Source: an uncultured Verrucomicrobiae bacterium (GTDB lineage: Bacteria; Chlamydiota; Chlamydiia; Chlamydiales; Rhabdochlamydiaceae). Taken from it: DNA of 64,000 bases. The notes under the pieces are model-generated. The model saw nothing but the letters and a program-made list of their open reading frames with translations, did not search any database and was not told the DNA's origin. A program made the position numbers and the translations under genes. Shown here one piece after another: positions 20,404 through 29,992 of the stretch. The stretch's first letter is position 1. Each line of letters opens with the position of its first letter. The stretch lies in contig CAWFUG010000011.1 of assembly GCA_963818965.1 (NCBI GenBank), forward strand, positions 352,001 to 416,000, read 5' to 3'.

Positions 20404-22006
20404 ACCCTGTTCCCTTAGGGAAATGGGGTAAAATGCTGACGGGCAAGCGCCCTTTGGACTCCAGGCGGCCGCGGATAACCTCCGCGGCCGCTTCTTGTGC
20501 CTCCTTCTCATTTTCAAAAGCTACAACCAACCCATCGAATAGAGGAACCTCTGCCAAGCGATAAGGCGTTTCGAATAAAACACAAACGACACGTGCCGTG
20601 CGCTGTAAAAGCAGTTGCAGTGCTTCCCTTTCCTTCCCCACGTCTTTGCCACTGGCAAGCGATACAATGACGGGAACCCCTTCTTCAAACGCAGACAGCC
20701 ACTCCAAAGACTCTAAAGAATACCGGCTGACCATCCACTCGTTTTCAAGGGCCTCTCTGAACCAACAAGACTCTCCCGATTCGATCAAAATCACCCGAGT
20801 TCCCTGCAGAGGAAGCACCCCTTCGTTGCGTACGACAGTTACTGCTTCTTGAAATAATAGCCTCTTGAGGGCAATCCCCTCTTCAGAATGGATCTCTCCT
20901 TGAAACTCGCTCCTGTCAAACACACCGAGCTCTCGCTTAGCCGTTAGGATCTTATCCACCCGTCTGTCTAGCATCTCCTCCGTGATCTCTCCCCGCTCAA
21001 TCGCTCTTTTTATCCCCAAAAATGCCTGAGGCACATCCTCTCTTAAGATCTGATCGATATTCGGTGCGATGTGATCGCCATAGAGCAAAAGATCGTGACC
21101 TGCTAAAAAAGCCCGGACGGCGATCTCTTCCACAGAGTAGTAGCGAGAAAGAGCGCGCATGTTCAGCGCGTCGGTGATGATGAGCCCAGAGAATCCCAAC
21201 TTCTCTTGCAATACCTCCGTCACGATCCGATGGGAAAAGCTCACAGGAGACTCATCTAACTTTAAGGCTCTCAGATGAGCCGTCATCACGGCACCTACTC
21301 CCGCTTCGATGAGGCGCTGAAAAGGATACAATGCGCTACTCAATCCACTTAAAGGTTGCTCGTCGCTGCACAGTACAAATGGTAAATCGATGTGGGAATC
21401 GATCTCCGTACTCCCATGTCCCGGGAAGTGTTTGATGCAAGCCATGACCCCCATCTCTTCCATCCCCTCTTTGACTAAAAGCGCGCGGAGCGCCACCTCC
21501 TGCGGATCTTCTCCAAAAGAGCGCATGCCGATAATCGGATTGTGCGCTGTCACGTTCACATCGACGACAGGCGCTAAATTCACATGCGCTCCGACGAGCC
21601 GACACTGCCGGCCGATCTCCTTGCCCATCTCCTTGAGTAACGCCGTCTCTTGCACCGCTCCTAGCGTGAGATTTTTGGGAAAGGAGAGTGCATCGCTGAT
21701 CCGCATCCCCACTCCCCACTCTCCATCCTGCATACAGAGAAGTGGAATTTGAGAGAGCGGGTACACCCACTCAATCAGCGCGCGCTGGGTAGAGACCGTC
21801 CCCTGCTTGAATAACACCCCCCCGATATGGTATTTTTCAATTAAGACCCTCAAGTCCTCCCGATGCTCCTCTCCCCTAAAAGGACAGGCAGGGACGATGA
21901 ATAGCTGACCGATCTTCTCCTCCAAAGAGAGGGCTTCGAGCTCTCCCGTAGAGACCCAGAGAAAAAAAATAACGACAATATTTTTTTTTGAAAAAAAAGA
22001 GAACAC
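20372..22006 (-). CDS. nagZ: GH3 beta-N-acetylglucosaminidase (NagZ-like, two-domain, putative signal peptide)
   Basis: SLEEKIGQL, DGEWG, RSFGEDP, KHFPGHGxxxxDSH, ITDALNM. Confidence 0.88.
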   Translation of the reverse strand: MFSFFSKKNIVVIFFLWVSTGELEALSLEEKIGQLFIVPACPFRGEEHREDLRVLIEKYHIGGVLFKQGTVSTQRALIEWVYPLSQIPLLCMQDGEWGVGMRISDALSFPKNLTLGAVQETALLKEMGKEIGRQCRLVGAHVNLAPVVDVNVTAHNPIIGMRSFGEDPQEVALRALLVKEGMEEMGVMACIKHFPGHGSTEIDSHIDLPFVLCSDEQPLSGLSSALYPFQRLIEAGVGAVMTAHLRALKLDESPVSFSHRIVTEVLQEKLGFSGLIITDALNMRALSRYYSVEEIAVRAFLAGHDLLLYGDHIAPNIDQILREDVPQAFLGIKRAIERGEITEEMLDRRVDKILTAKRELGVFDRSEFQGEIHSEEGIALKRLLFQEAVTVVRNEGVLPLQGTRVILIESGESCWFREALENEWMVSRYSLESLEWLSAFEEGVPVIVSLASGKDVGKEREALQLLLQRTARVVCVLFETPYRLAEVPLFDGLVVAFENEKEAQEAAAEVIRGRLESKGRLPVSILPHFPKGTGLYLRELKSCP

Positions 22007-22235
22007 AGCGCCACTTCAAGATCATCCAAAAACGGATCTTAGCAAATCGCCCTAAACATAGTACTTAAAAATTTAAATCATGAAAAAAGCTGAAGACCCT
22101 ATTCTAGCAAGCAAAGGAAATTTTTTTAAATAAACAAAAACAACAAAAACTGGTACAATAAACACTAACAAAATCAATCCACGCTCTTAATTTAAAGAAG
22201 AGTGTAAAAAATAATTTTCTAAATGGAGCATACTT

Positions 22236-24887
22236 ATGTCATCTGACCTTTCTGTTTCTATACCCCGCCACCAGCTCATGCAATCTCATCTCTCTGCTGA
22301 TCAGATCCAAGAGCTAAAAATTTTGGAAGCGAGCGTTGTAGAGTTAGAAGAAGCACAGGAAGACTCTCCTATTTCAGATCAAGCCTTCTGTCTGGCCGTT
22401 GCAAAGATAGAAGCCATGCCGATCCTCAAAAAATTAGAGCAGTTGCCCCGTCTGCACAATGAAGAGTTCCCAGAGGGATATAACACGCTTCAAATACGCA
22501 AAAAAATTAAGAAATTCCAAGAGGTGGCTGGAGAGATACATCAAAAAGCACTGGCTCAATCATTCCATCAATTACAGGAGAGTAAAGAAAACAATCTGGA
22601 TACACTCCGAAAAGACAGAAGAAATAAACAAGCTCAACTCCGAGAGTCTATAAGAATCGAATTCCTCAATCCCGCTGCTGAGTTTTCCAAATCCCTGTTT
22701 TCCCAGGATTATCTCTTAAATGTAGATTTTGAAGACCTAAAAGTTTTGGAAGCGAGTGTTGTAGAGTTAGAAGAAGCACAGGAAGACTCTCCTCTTTCAG
22801 ATCTAGAGCTCTCTGCATCTGTTAGAAAGATGAAAAATATGCCGATCCTCAAAATAGTGGAGTCTTTGCCCAATTTATTAAATGAAGAGTGCCCAAGCGG
22901 AGATACTACCCACGAAATAATCCAAAAAGTCCACCAATTCGAAAAGCAAGTCCAAAACAACTTCGACAGAGATGTCGCTAGATTCGAGGACTTAATCGGT
23001 AAAGCAGAGAAGACAAATGACCTAGAAGAATTACAGGAGCTCATCCTCGAGATTCAAGAGCTCAATCTCGTCGCAAGAATGAAGGATTTTTCAGGAACAA
23101 AACAATTGGTACCTACCATCCAGGGTCTCGAAAAAAGAGTTTTCTCGAAAATGGAACGAATTTTAGATCGACCGGCTCCAGCTCCCTCCCCCGCCAAGCC
23201 CTTTTCCTACAAGCCAGTTAGGCCAGTACAAAACCGAACTCTCCCCCCTTCTTCTAACCCAATACGGGTTAAGCACAGCATACGAGACTCTGTGGTAGTC
23301 TCTCCCTCTTCTTCACCAGAAGAGGAAAAGACAACGGTTAGCAGCATATGGGACTACTTTTCTACCCCATCTACAAAAAAAACGAGCTCTATCTCCTCTT
23401 CTCGAAGAGTGCAAAAATCTGCCGCTTCTGAATTTGGAGTGGGTTTTCACAATAAAGGCAATAACTGCTGGGCAAATGTCCTGCTTCAAGCGATCGTACA
23501 CATCGACACCCTACGCGCTGTTTACAATACGATTGTCATTCATTATTCCGCCTCCGCTATTTCTGGTGCACGAAGGAATGCAAAGCGTCTGGGCGCTGCC
23601 TTAGAAGCCTATGATAATGCCTTACTCTTAAGAGAACCTGTTCCTCCTGAAGTCTCTCAAAATGTCCGCATAGCCTTCCACTTCTTCTCTGGAAAGCAGA
23701 TCAGTAAGTCTCATCGCGTACAGGAAGATGCGCATGAGGGTTTCACTCTATTGATGGCATTGTACGCAGGGATCATCGAAGAGCAAGGAGGAGACCTCAC
23801 TGCCAATTGCCCCCTCTATTTTACCGATGTCACGACACGATCGTGGATAAGAAAAGGCCCTAGGGAGCAAGCACGCTCTTACACATCGGATATCATAAAG
23901 ACGGGAGAAAAAACAGGGAAGACGCAACTTAACAATCCTCCCACTTACGAAATCGGCCTCAGCATGACCTCTTCCTCAAACAAACGCCCCTCATTCAATG
24001 ATCTGCTCGAAGATATATTTTGCGATAAAAATCAAACAGCACGGGCAACCTACGCCTATCCAGGCACGAATGACGCTTACGAATTCAAAATGATCAAAGA
24101 AGAAAGGACCTTTAAACAACAACCGATGGAACTCGTCGTAACCATGAAGCGTTTTTCCTATAACGAAAGAAGGGAGAGAACGCAGAAAATCACGACGAAA
24201 ATCCAAGTGCCCTTTGAACTTCAACTCCCTGGAGTCAATGAACCGCTTGAACTCGACTTTTTCTTTTCCCACAAAGGCCCCAGTGCTTCAGCGGGACATT
24301 ACATCTGCTTCTACAAAGACATTGCCGGGCGATGGATAAAATTCGACGACGAATCACCCAGCCTTCCCTCTGTGGAAGAGGTCACACAAGCGCTCCAAGA
24401 AAGCTACTGGCACCACTACAAGCGTAAAACAGAACAAGGTGCACGCCCCAACCAATTCTTCCTAGATTCAGAAGAAAATAGCTCTTCTGAGCCGGAACCT
24501 CAAGGATCCAAGCCAAACAACACGACTACGACAACACATATTCCCGCGCATCCGCAAGATGCTGCAAAAATTCTAGATGCAACCCAGCCAGACTGGAGCA
24601 CATTGCTCAGGGAAAGCACTGCGCAACTTAAAGAATCAGCTCGGCCATTCCTCAATAACGAACAAACTCCAAAAGAGGTAAAAAAAGCGGTGCAGATTAG
24701 ATTTATGCGATTGCTTTCACTGATCGGTGGTGACCCAGAAGAATCAGAAAAAAAACGGTTAACCGAGCTCAGCGATCAGTTAATTGCTGTAATTATGTCT
24801 ATGGTTCCTACAGATGATAACACCTTCCAGACTTTCGATGCTGAAATAGAAGCGCTCGGCAAAAGCATTAATTCTCGACGAGCTTGA
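22236..24887 (+). CDS. Array gene 1: duplicated N-terminal module + shared helical domain + USP (peptidase C19) deubiquitinase domain
   Basis: Cys box GFHNKGNNCWANVLLQ, QEDAHE, His box SHKGPSASAGHY..WIKFDD. Confidence 0.85.
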   Translation: MSSDLSVSIPRHQLMQSHLSADQIQELKILEASVVELEEAQEDSPISDQAFCLAVAKIEAMPILKKLEQLPRLHNEEFPEGYNTLQIRKKIKKFQEVAGEIHQKALAQSFHQLQESKENNLDTLRKDRRNKQAQLRESIRIEFLNPAAEFSKSLFSQDYLLNVDFEDLKVLEASVVELEEAQEDSPLSDLELSASVRKMKNMPILKIVESLPNLLNEECPSGDTTHEIIQKVHQFEKQVQNNFDRDVARFEDLIGKAEKTNDLEELQELILEIQELNLVARMKDFSGTKQLVPTIQGLEKRVFSKMERILDRPAPAPSPAKPFSYKPVRPVQNRTLPPSSNPIRVKHSIRDSVVVSPSSSPEEEKTTVSSIWDYFSTPSTKKTSSISSSRRVQKSAASEFGVGFHNKGNNCWANVLLQAIVHIDTLRAVYNTIVIHYSASAISGARRNAKRLGAALEAYDNALLLREPVPPEVSQNVRIAFHFFSGKQISKSHRVQEDAHEGFTLLMALYAGIIEEQGGDLTANCPLYFTDVTTRSWIRKGPREQARSYTSDIIKTGEKTGKTQLNNPPTYEIGLSMTSSSNKRPSFNDLLEDIFCDKNQTARATYAYPGTNDAYEFKMIKEERTFKQQPMELVVTMKRFSYNERRERTQKITTKIQVPFELQLPGVNEPLELDFFFSHKGPSASAGHYICFYKDIAGRWIKFDDESPSLPSVEEVTQALQESYWHHYKRKTEQGARPNQFFLDSEENSSSEPEPQGSKPNNTTTTTHIPAHPQDAAKILDATQPDWSTLLRESTAQLKESARPFLNNEQTPKEVKKAVQIRFMRLLSLIGGDPEESEKKRLTELSDQLIAVIMSMVPTDDNTFQTFDAEIEALGKSINSRRA

Positions 24888-24949
24888 TAAGAGCCAATCC
24901 CAGTAAAAAATTTACTGGGATTGGTTGAGAGATTGTAGATAGGCTCTTA
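24888..24949. repeat. Family C mini-element (TAA-GAGCC...GGCTC-TTA) with internal hairpin
   Basis: Hairpin CCAATCCCAGTAAA/TTTACTGGGATTGG; terminal 22 bp identical to 50350-50371. Confidence 0.65.
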
Positions 24950-25041
24950 GGATTTTCATTTTCAAAAATGAACGCCCTGTGCCATTCTGCCCGTCTCGTT
25001 TTCATCTTGTAGTAACTTTATTGAAAAATAGGAAAAAATAG

Positions 25042-26280
25042 ATGCAAGCTTTACCTATCTCAGGACCTTCTCCCTCCCCTACTCAATGCCCAGTATTCGA
25101 TAGACTCTATGACAGGGCAAAGACCTTAGAAACTAGCGACCCCCTTCTTTTCTGTAAATGCGTCAAGCAAATACATGACCTAAAGGTCCACCGTACATCA
25201 AAAGAAACCGATCTTCTAGAACGCTACCACGAGCTGCGAAATAAAGCGCAAATACTCATAGACCACGACATCGAAAAACTGGAGATGTGGAGCAATTGCG
25301 CAAGTCAGACAAATGATATTAATCAATTAGGAGATCTCGTTACAAAAATAAAAGATCTCAATCTCTCCGAAAAATTAAAACTCTTCAAGATGCCGGTAAA
25401 TCTCAGGGATGTCCCCAACCACATCCTAGATCAATTGAATGTAAAGCTCGTTGTACAATGGGAAAACCTCACCGCCATCCATTGGGTAACACTCGCTAAC
25501 GAACAATCCAATCCCAAGCGAAAAGCGATCTTGCATTCCGTTTTCGCTCAATGGGATGAAGCCTGGAGGAGAACTCCCTCTGCAGGCCCTCTCCAACAGC
25601 GTCTAGCAGATTTGACAATACGTGCCAATCAGTACCTCGCTGACAGCGGATCCGTTCCACCTGATTGCGATGATTTATTTAACGAAATCACTCGTGCCAT
25701 ACTAGAGGATCTAGCCGATATTCTCGAGGAGGACACCCTCTATCTCAACGATCTATGTAAAACACAAACAAACATCGACCTGCTTTTTATTCTCAACGAA
25801 GAGATGTCTCCCGCTGTAGCAAAAAAGTATATAGAAAAAATTTTGGCAAACCAGCTCGAAGGAGCAACCCAAAAGACCACTACCCCTCTTTTACTAGACT
25901 CCAACAAAAAGATGCCCCTCACTGAGACAGAAAAACACGCGACAAAAAAGAATATAGGAAACATTTTGGTAAAACAGCTCGAAGGAGCAACCCAAAAGAC
26001 CACTACCCCTCTTTTACTAGACTCCAACAAAAAGATGCCCCTCACTGAGACAGAGAAACACCTGGACAAACTTTCAATCAAAAATTTTCTTGAGATCCGA
26101 GATGCAGCCAAAGAAATTAATCGAAAAGCGCCTATAGAGGACCCTTCTTCTGTTTTACTAGAAACCTTAGAAATCCAAACGCAATTTTTCCACGCGATGT
26201 TTAAATTCACACAATCCGCTATCTCCTATGATGAATCACAACGACTGGATCAGCAGCCCCTTCGACGATTAAAAAAATAA
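25042..26280 (+). CDS. Array gene 2: hypothetical effector-like protein
   Basis: Shared domain IDHDIEKLE..TNDINQL..LSEKL; internal 123-bp (41 aa) duplication. Confidence 0.75.
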   Translation: MQALPISGPSPSPTQCPVFDRLYDRAKTLETSDPLLFCKCVKQIHDLKVHRTSKETDLLERYHELRNKAQILIDHDIEKLEMWSNCASQTNDINQLGDLVTKIKDLNLSEKLKLFKMPVNLRDVPNHILDQLNVKLVVQWENLTAIHWVTLANEQSNPKRKAILHSVFAQWDEAWRRTPSAGPLQQRLADLTIRANQYLADSGSVPPDCDDLFNEITRAILEDLADILEEDTLYLNDLCKTQTNIDLLFILNEEMSPAVAKKYIEKILANQLEGATQKTTTPLLLDSNKKMPLTETEKHATKKNIGNILVKQLEGATQKTTTPLLLDSNKKMPLTETEKHLDKLSIKNFLEIRDAAKEINRKAPIEDPSSVLLETLEIQTQFFHAMFKFTQSAISYDESQRLDQQPLRRLKK

Positions 26281-26322
26281 AAACTGTTTACAAACATAAA
26301 AAACCAACTAGGAACACCCGTT

Positions 26323-27822
26323 ATGTCCTCAACACCCATAAGTTCATCTACAGTGCGTTACTACCGATCAGTGGCCGATGCTGAATTGATCGATTTGCAA
26401 GTGTGCCGATCCTCCTGCGATAGCGCGAGTAAAGCTCTAACGGATATTGAGTTTTATCAAACAGCCCGAGTCATCCATCGCTACTGCCGCGGCCTATTAA
26501 AAAATCTCACACGATACTTGCCCGAAGAACTGACCCGGGTAGGATTCTATGAAGTTCTAGATAAAGCCAATGAGATCATCCGAGAAGCTCAAAGAAGGAT
26601 CGATCGAGATGTAACAAAATTCGAAGATCTGGCTACTCAGGGAAATGACACCGATGACATCTCAATCCTGCAAGACATCATCTCCCAAATCGAAGACCTC
26701 GACATTTCTGAAAAATTAGGTTACTTCAAGGCGAAAAAAGATCTTAAGGTAATGCCCGATCAGCTTCTAGAAAAATACCACGCAAGGATCACTGTCCTGC
26801 AGAGTCACGTCGGGTATATAATCGATCGATCACCCGCCGCACGACTACCCGACAACAAAACGAGAGAGGAGCGTCCTATAAGAGTTATCCCTCCAGAATT
26901 TCTCTTGAAAGACTCGGTAGAAAAAACGCTCGCTATCTCAAAACTGTGGCAACAGCTCTTGGATGAGACAGACGAGCCTGAAGTACGCCCTTCCATGCGG
27001 ATCGTTCAAGAGCTGTGGAATGGAGCATGGCAGAACTATCCGGAGATTCATGAAACATTGCAATCTTTGGCAATTGATTATTTCACAACTGTAGATAAGT
27101 GTGCAAAAGAAAAGGACTACAGCCCACTTAGGGAAGCTATAGACACAACACTAGAAACGCTATATGAATCTATCGATGTTGAGTTACACGGCCTCAATCA
27201 AGTAGCAATGGCTACATTAAAACTGAACCCTATTCGTGGGTTCCAGTTTTATAATTACTTCGATGTAATTGACTTTGAGAAATCTTGGAATAAAGCGCAA
27301 AGCTTAGATGATATAGAGAAATGGATACAAGTATGGCTAGCCGACGCAGAGGCCTTAAGTCCGCAAGAAGTCCGACAAAAAGTCCAAGAGAAACAACCAA
27401 GACTAAAACTTACCCTCGAAGCCACCTTAGTGGAGCTGCTAAAAATTCGGAACCTACAGTACGCACAGATCAAGGAGATGTTGGCAAAAGCAACCCAAAA
27501 GGCATCGCCCGCACCGGAACCTATTGCACAAGTAGCTTATCTGCCCGATCCACAAGCATTGAAAGCTGAATCTGAAGAGATCGAAGAGATGTTCCGAAAA
27601 ATCGCGGAAGACAACACTAAAACCTTAGAAGAACAAGCGAGAAAATTCGAAGAGCAAAGAAACCATAGGTCTGAGGAAAGCAAAACGAGGATTCAGAAGA
27701 CCCTGGAGCGCCAAAAAGAAGACCTACAGAACATAGTAGACACCCACAGAAAAACCTCCGAACTCTCTACCGAAGACACAGCAGCTACAGCAGGGTCTTC
27801 CTCTCTAAAGGACAAATCTTGA
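26323..27822 (+). CDS. Array gene 3: hypothetical effector-like protein with C-terminal coiled coil
   Basis: Shared domain IDRDVTKFEDLA..TDDISILQ..ISEKLGYFKAKKDLK; Ser-rich N-terminus. Confidence 0.78.
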   Translation: MSSTPISSSTVRYYRSVADAELIDLQVCRSSCDSASKALTDIEFYQTARVIHRYCRGLLKNLTRYLPEELTRVGFYEVLDKANEIIREAQRRIDRDVTKFEDLATQGNDTDDISILQDIISQIEDLDISEKLGYFKAKKDLKVMPDQLLEKYHARITVLQSHVGYIIDRSPAARLPDNKTREERPIRVIPPEFLLKDSVEKTLAISKLWQQLLDETDEPEVRPSMRIVQELWNGAWQNYPEIHETLQSLAIDYFTTVDKCAKEKDYSPLREAIDTTLETLYESIDVELHGLNQVAMATLKLNPIRGFQFYNYFDVIDFEKSWNKAQSLDDIEKWIQVWLADAEALSPQEVRQKVQEKQPRLKLTLEATLVELLKIRNLQYAQIKEMLAKATQKASPAPEPIAQVAYLPDPQALKAESEEIEEMFRKIAEDNTKTLEEQARKFEEQRNHRSEESKTRIQKTLERQKEDLQNIVDTHRKTSELSTEDTAATAGSSSLKDKS

Positions 27823-27890
27823 AGAGGGGGCTCCTTAAACTTTTTTTTTACAAAACAGGTAACTAAAAGAAATAATTACAAAAAACAAAA

Positions 27891-27919
27891 TCGCCTAAAA
27901 TCACATAAACAACTATAAT
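27891..27919 (+). promoter_or_regulatory. Putative promoter of array gene 4
   Basis: TCGCCT-17 bp-TATAAT preceded by an A-tract; same layout at 32362-32390. Confidence 0.55.
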
Positions 27920-27975
27920 AAAGCACAGAAAAACTAAAACCAATGCGTCTTTAAAGAAAATAGGAGACAACCGTT

Positions 27976-29928
27976 ATGTCAGGTGTACACAACTCTTCGC
28001 AAGTTTCATCTTATCCATCCTTTAATCTACAGGATCCAAAATACCTCGCAGGCTTGCAACGTTGTGCAGATTTGTGTGCCCAGGTATCCAGCAGTAAAAA
28101 TGAAAATGATGTTGATTTTTTTAAAGACGTCAAAGAAATCGATCGGTTCTCACGCAGCACATTAAAAGAACTTTACGAATGCGGCACGCCCCAAGAGCTC
28201 ATGGACTTGGGATTCTTTATGGTTCAAGGTCAAGTCAATAGAATCATCAAACAGGCTCAAAATATAATCGATCGAAATATAGCAACTCTCGAAGATCTAG
28301 CTGGTCGAGCAGAGGCTACAGATGACCTCGAGACTCTGCAGGAGATCGTCCGCCAAATCACAGCGCTTAAGATTTCTGAAAAATTACAGTACTCCAGAGC
28401 AAAAAAAGATCTGAAGACAGTGCCCGATCGCCTCCTAGAAAAATACAATGCGAAGATCACGACGCTTCAGAGTCAACAACCCGCGCCCGCAGTCCCCCTA
28501 GCTCTCCCACAAGTTCCCTTAGAGACAGCTCAACTCACTGCTTCCAAAACACAAGCGCTGCATCCTAAGCCCCGGCGAACTCTGCCTAAACACCCGGTCT
28601 CAGTACACCATCCCGTTCCAGTACAACACTCTATCCCAGGACACCACCCGGTCCCAGTACACCAAAAAGGCACAAACCTATTAGAGCCTCACCATTGGCA
28701 ACAAGTGCAGCAGCACCTGGATGCGATTACCGATCTGCCAGGAAAAATTAGATTTTTTCGGCAGGAAACAGATAAAGCTCTAAATTCAGCCAGCTTTACT
28801 GTTCTACAGGGATTAGCGATCGATCCACAATATCGTGATAGGGCTCAGTCCACTGACTTCACATTCGGAATATCCGGCGACCTATGCGTTCCTGGTGCTT
28901 TAACGATTATAAACCATTGTATGCAGCTGGCAAAAACCTGTGCTGAGCAACAGCTCCCCGGGAGCCCCGATTTCGAAATCTACATGAAGACGAAAATATT
29001 CGGCATCTTGGTGTCTATTTGCAGATCGGGGAATTTCGAAGCATCGTGTGGTCACAAAAGTCATGTCCTATATCCTCTCTTTGAGAAGATGTGGGTATTC
29101 CAAGAGTATAACCAACCGAGCATCTACGATACGATGTCGAAACTCGAGGGGCATGACCAACCGACAGCTTCCACAACCCACACACAACAGCCTGAACTAA
29201 AACCCGAAAAACCAACCCGAACAGATAAAAAAGTCCCTGACAGTGGAAGCATACTGGCTAACTGGACTCCAGACAACCAACCATCCGTTCCCATGATCGA
29301 GATGTGCTGGGATGCTCTCTCCAAAAAGATACCCCTAAATTCTCCTCAGCAGACCCTCTCCTATCAACTGAAAGGGTTTTGGCAAAAAGTGCAACTGCAA
29401 TCTAACTCTTATACAAAAAGTAACGCTTTAAAACTAATAGCTAAAGAGTACTTACTGGGCCTAGAGATCATCTTTGTAAAGAAAAGTAATGGTTTCTACT
29501 CATTTGACGATGCCGTTCATACTTTCCTAACGAATCTGAGCACTGAATTGAACTTTAGCATAACAGCATACTTCAGAGCATGTTCGTGTTATCACGACAA
29601 AGTAAAGACCTTTGTGAATTTGAATTTTCTATTCGAGGATACGCATCCTCTAGCGATTGCTACTGGTGATAAGTTCCTGAAAGAAATAAATTGTACTTAT
29701 CTCCCCTTCAAATGGAACGACGGTGCATTACAGCTCGAGTGGGAGAAGCATCGAGAAAGATTCCTTGCCGCTCAAGAGGACCTCGAAGAGGAAAATCCTT
29801 TAAACGCTGATCCAGCGGTTCAGATAGAAATGATAAAATGTCTAACGGAACGGTGCGCTCTCATCAGCAAAATCGTAAGGGGAGCTGGGATAGACCCATC
29901 TTTTTTGCATAAAAGAGGACTGGTTTAG
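27976..29928 (+). CDS. Array gene 4: hypothetical effector-like protein
   Basis: Shared N-terminal domain, HPV-repeat linker, unique middle domain, C-terminal WDALSKKIP module. Confidence 0.78.
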   Translation: MSGVHNSSQVSSYPSFNLQDPKYLAGLQRCADLCAQVSSSKNENDVDFFKDVKEIDRFSRSTLKELYECGTPQELMDLGFFMVQGQVNRIIKQAQNIIDRNIATLEDLAGRAEATDDLETLQEIVRQITALKISEKLQYSRAKKDLKTVPDRLLEKYNAKITTLQSQQPAPAVPLALPQVPLETAQLTASKTQALHPKPRRTLPKHPVSVHHPVPVQHSIPGHHPVPVHQKGTNLLEPHHWQQVQQHLDAITDLPGKIRFFRQETDKALNSASFTVLQGLAIDPQYRDRAQSTDFTFGISGDLCVPGALTIINHCMQLAKTCAEQQLPGSPDFEIYMKTKIFGILVSICRSGNFEASCGHKSHVLYPLFEKMWVFQEYNQPSIYDTMSKLEGHDQPTASTTHTQQPELKPEKPTRTDKKVPDSGSILANWTPDNQPSVPMIEMCWDALSKKIPLNSPQQTLSYQLKGFWQKVQLQSNSYTKSNALKLIAKEYLLGLEIIFVKKSNGFYSFDDAVHTFLTNLSTELNFSITAYFRACSCYHDKVKTFVNLNFLFEDTHPLAIATGDKFLKEINCTYLPFKWNDGALQLEWEKHRERFLAAQEDLEEENPLNADPAVQIEMIKCLTERCALISKIVRGAGIDPSFLHKRGLV

Positions 29929-29992
29929 GTTTTTAAAAAGAGCACAGACAAACTAAAACAAAAAAAATTAAAGAAATTAAGAGGTAATCTTC

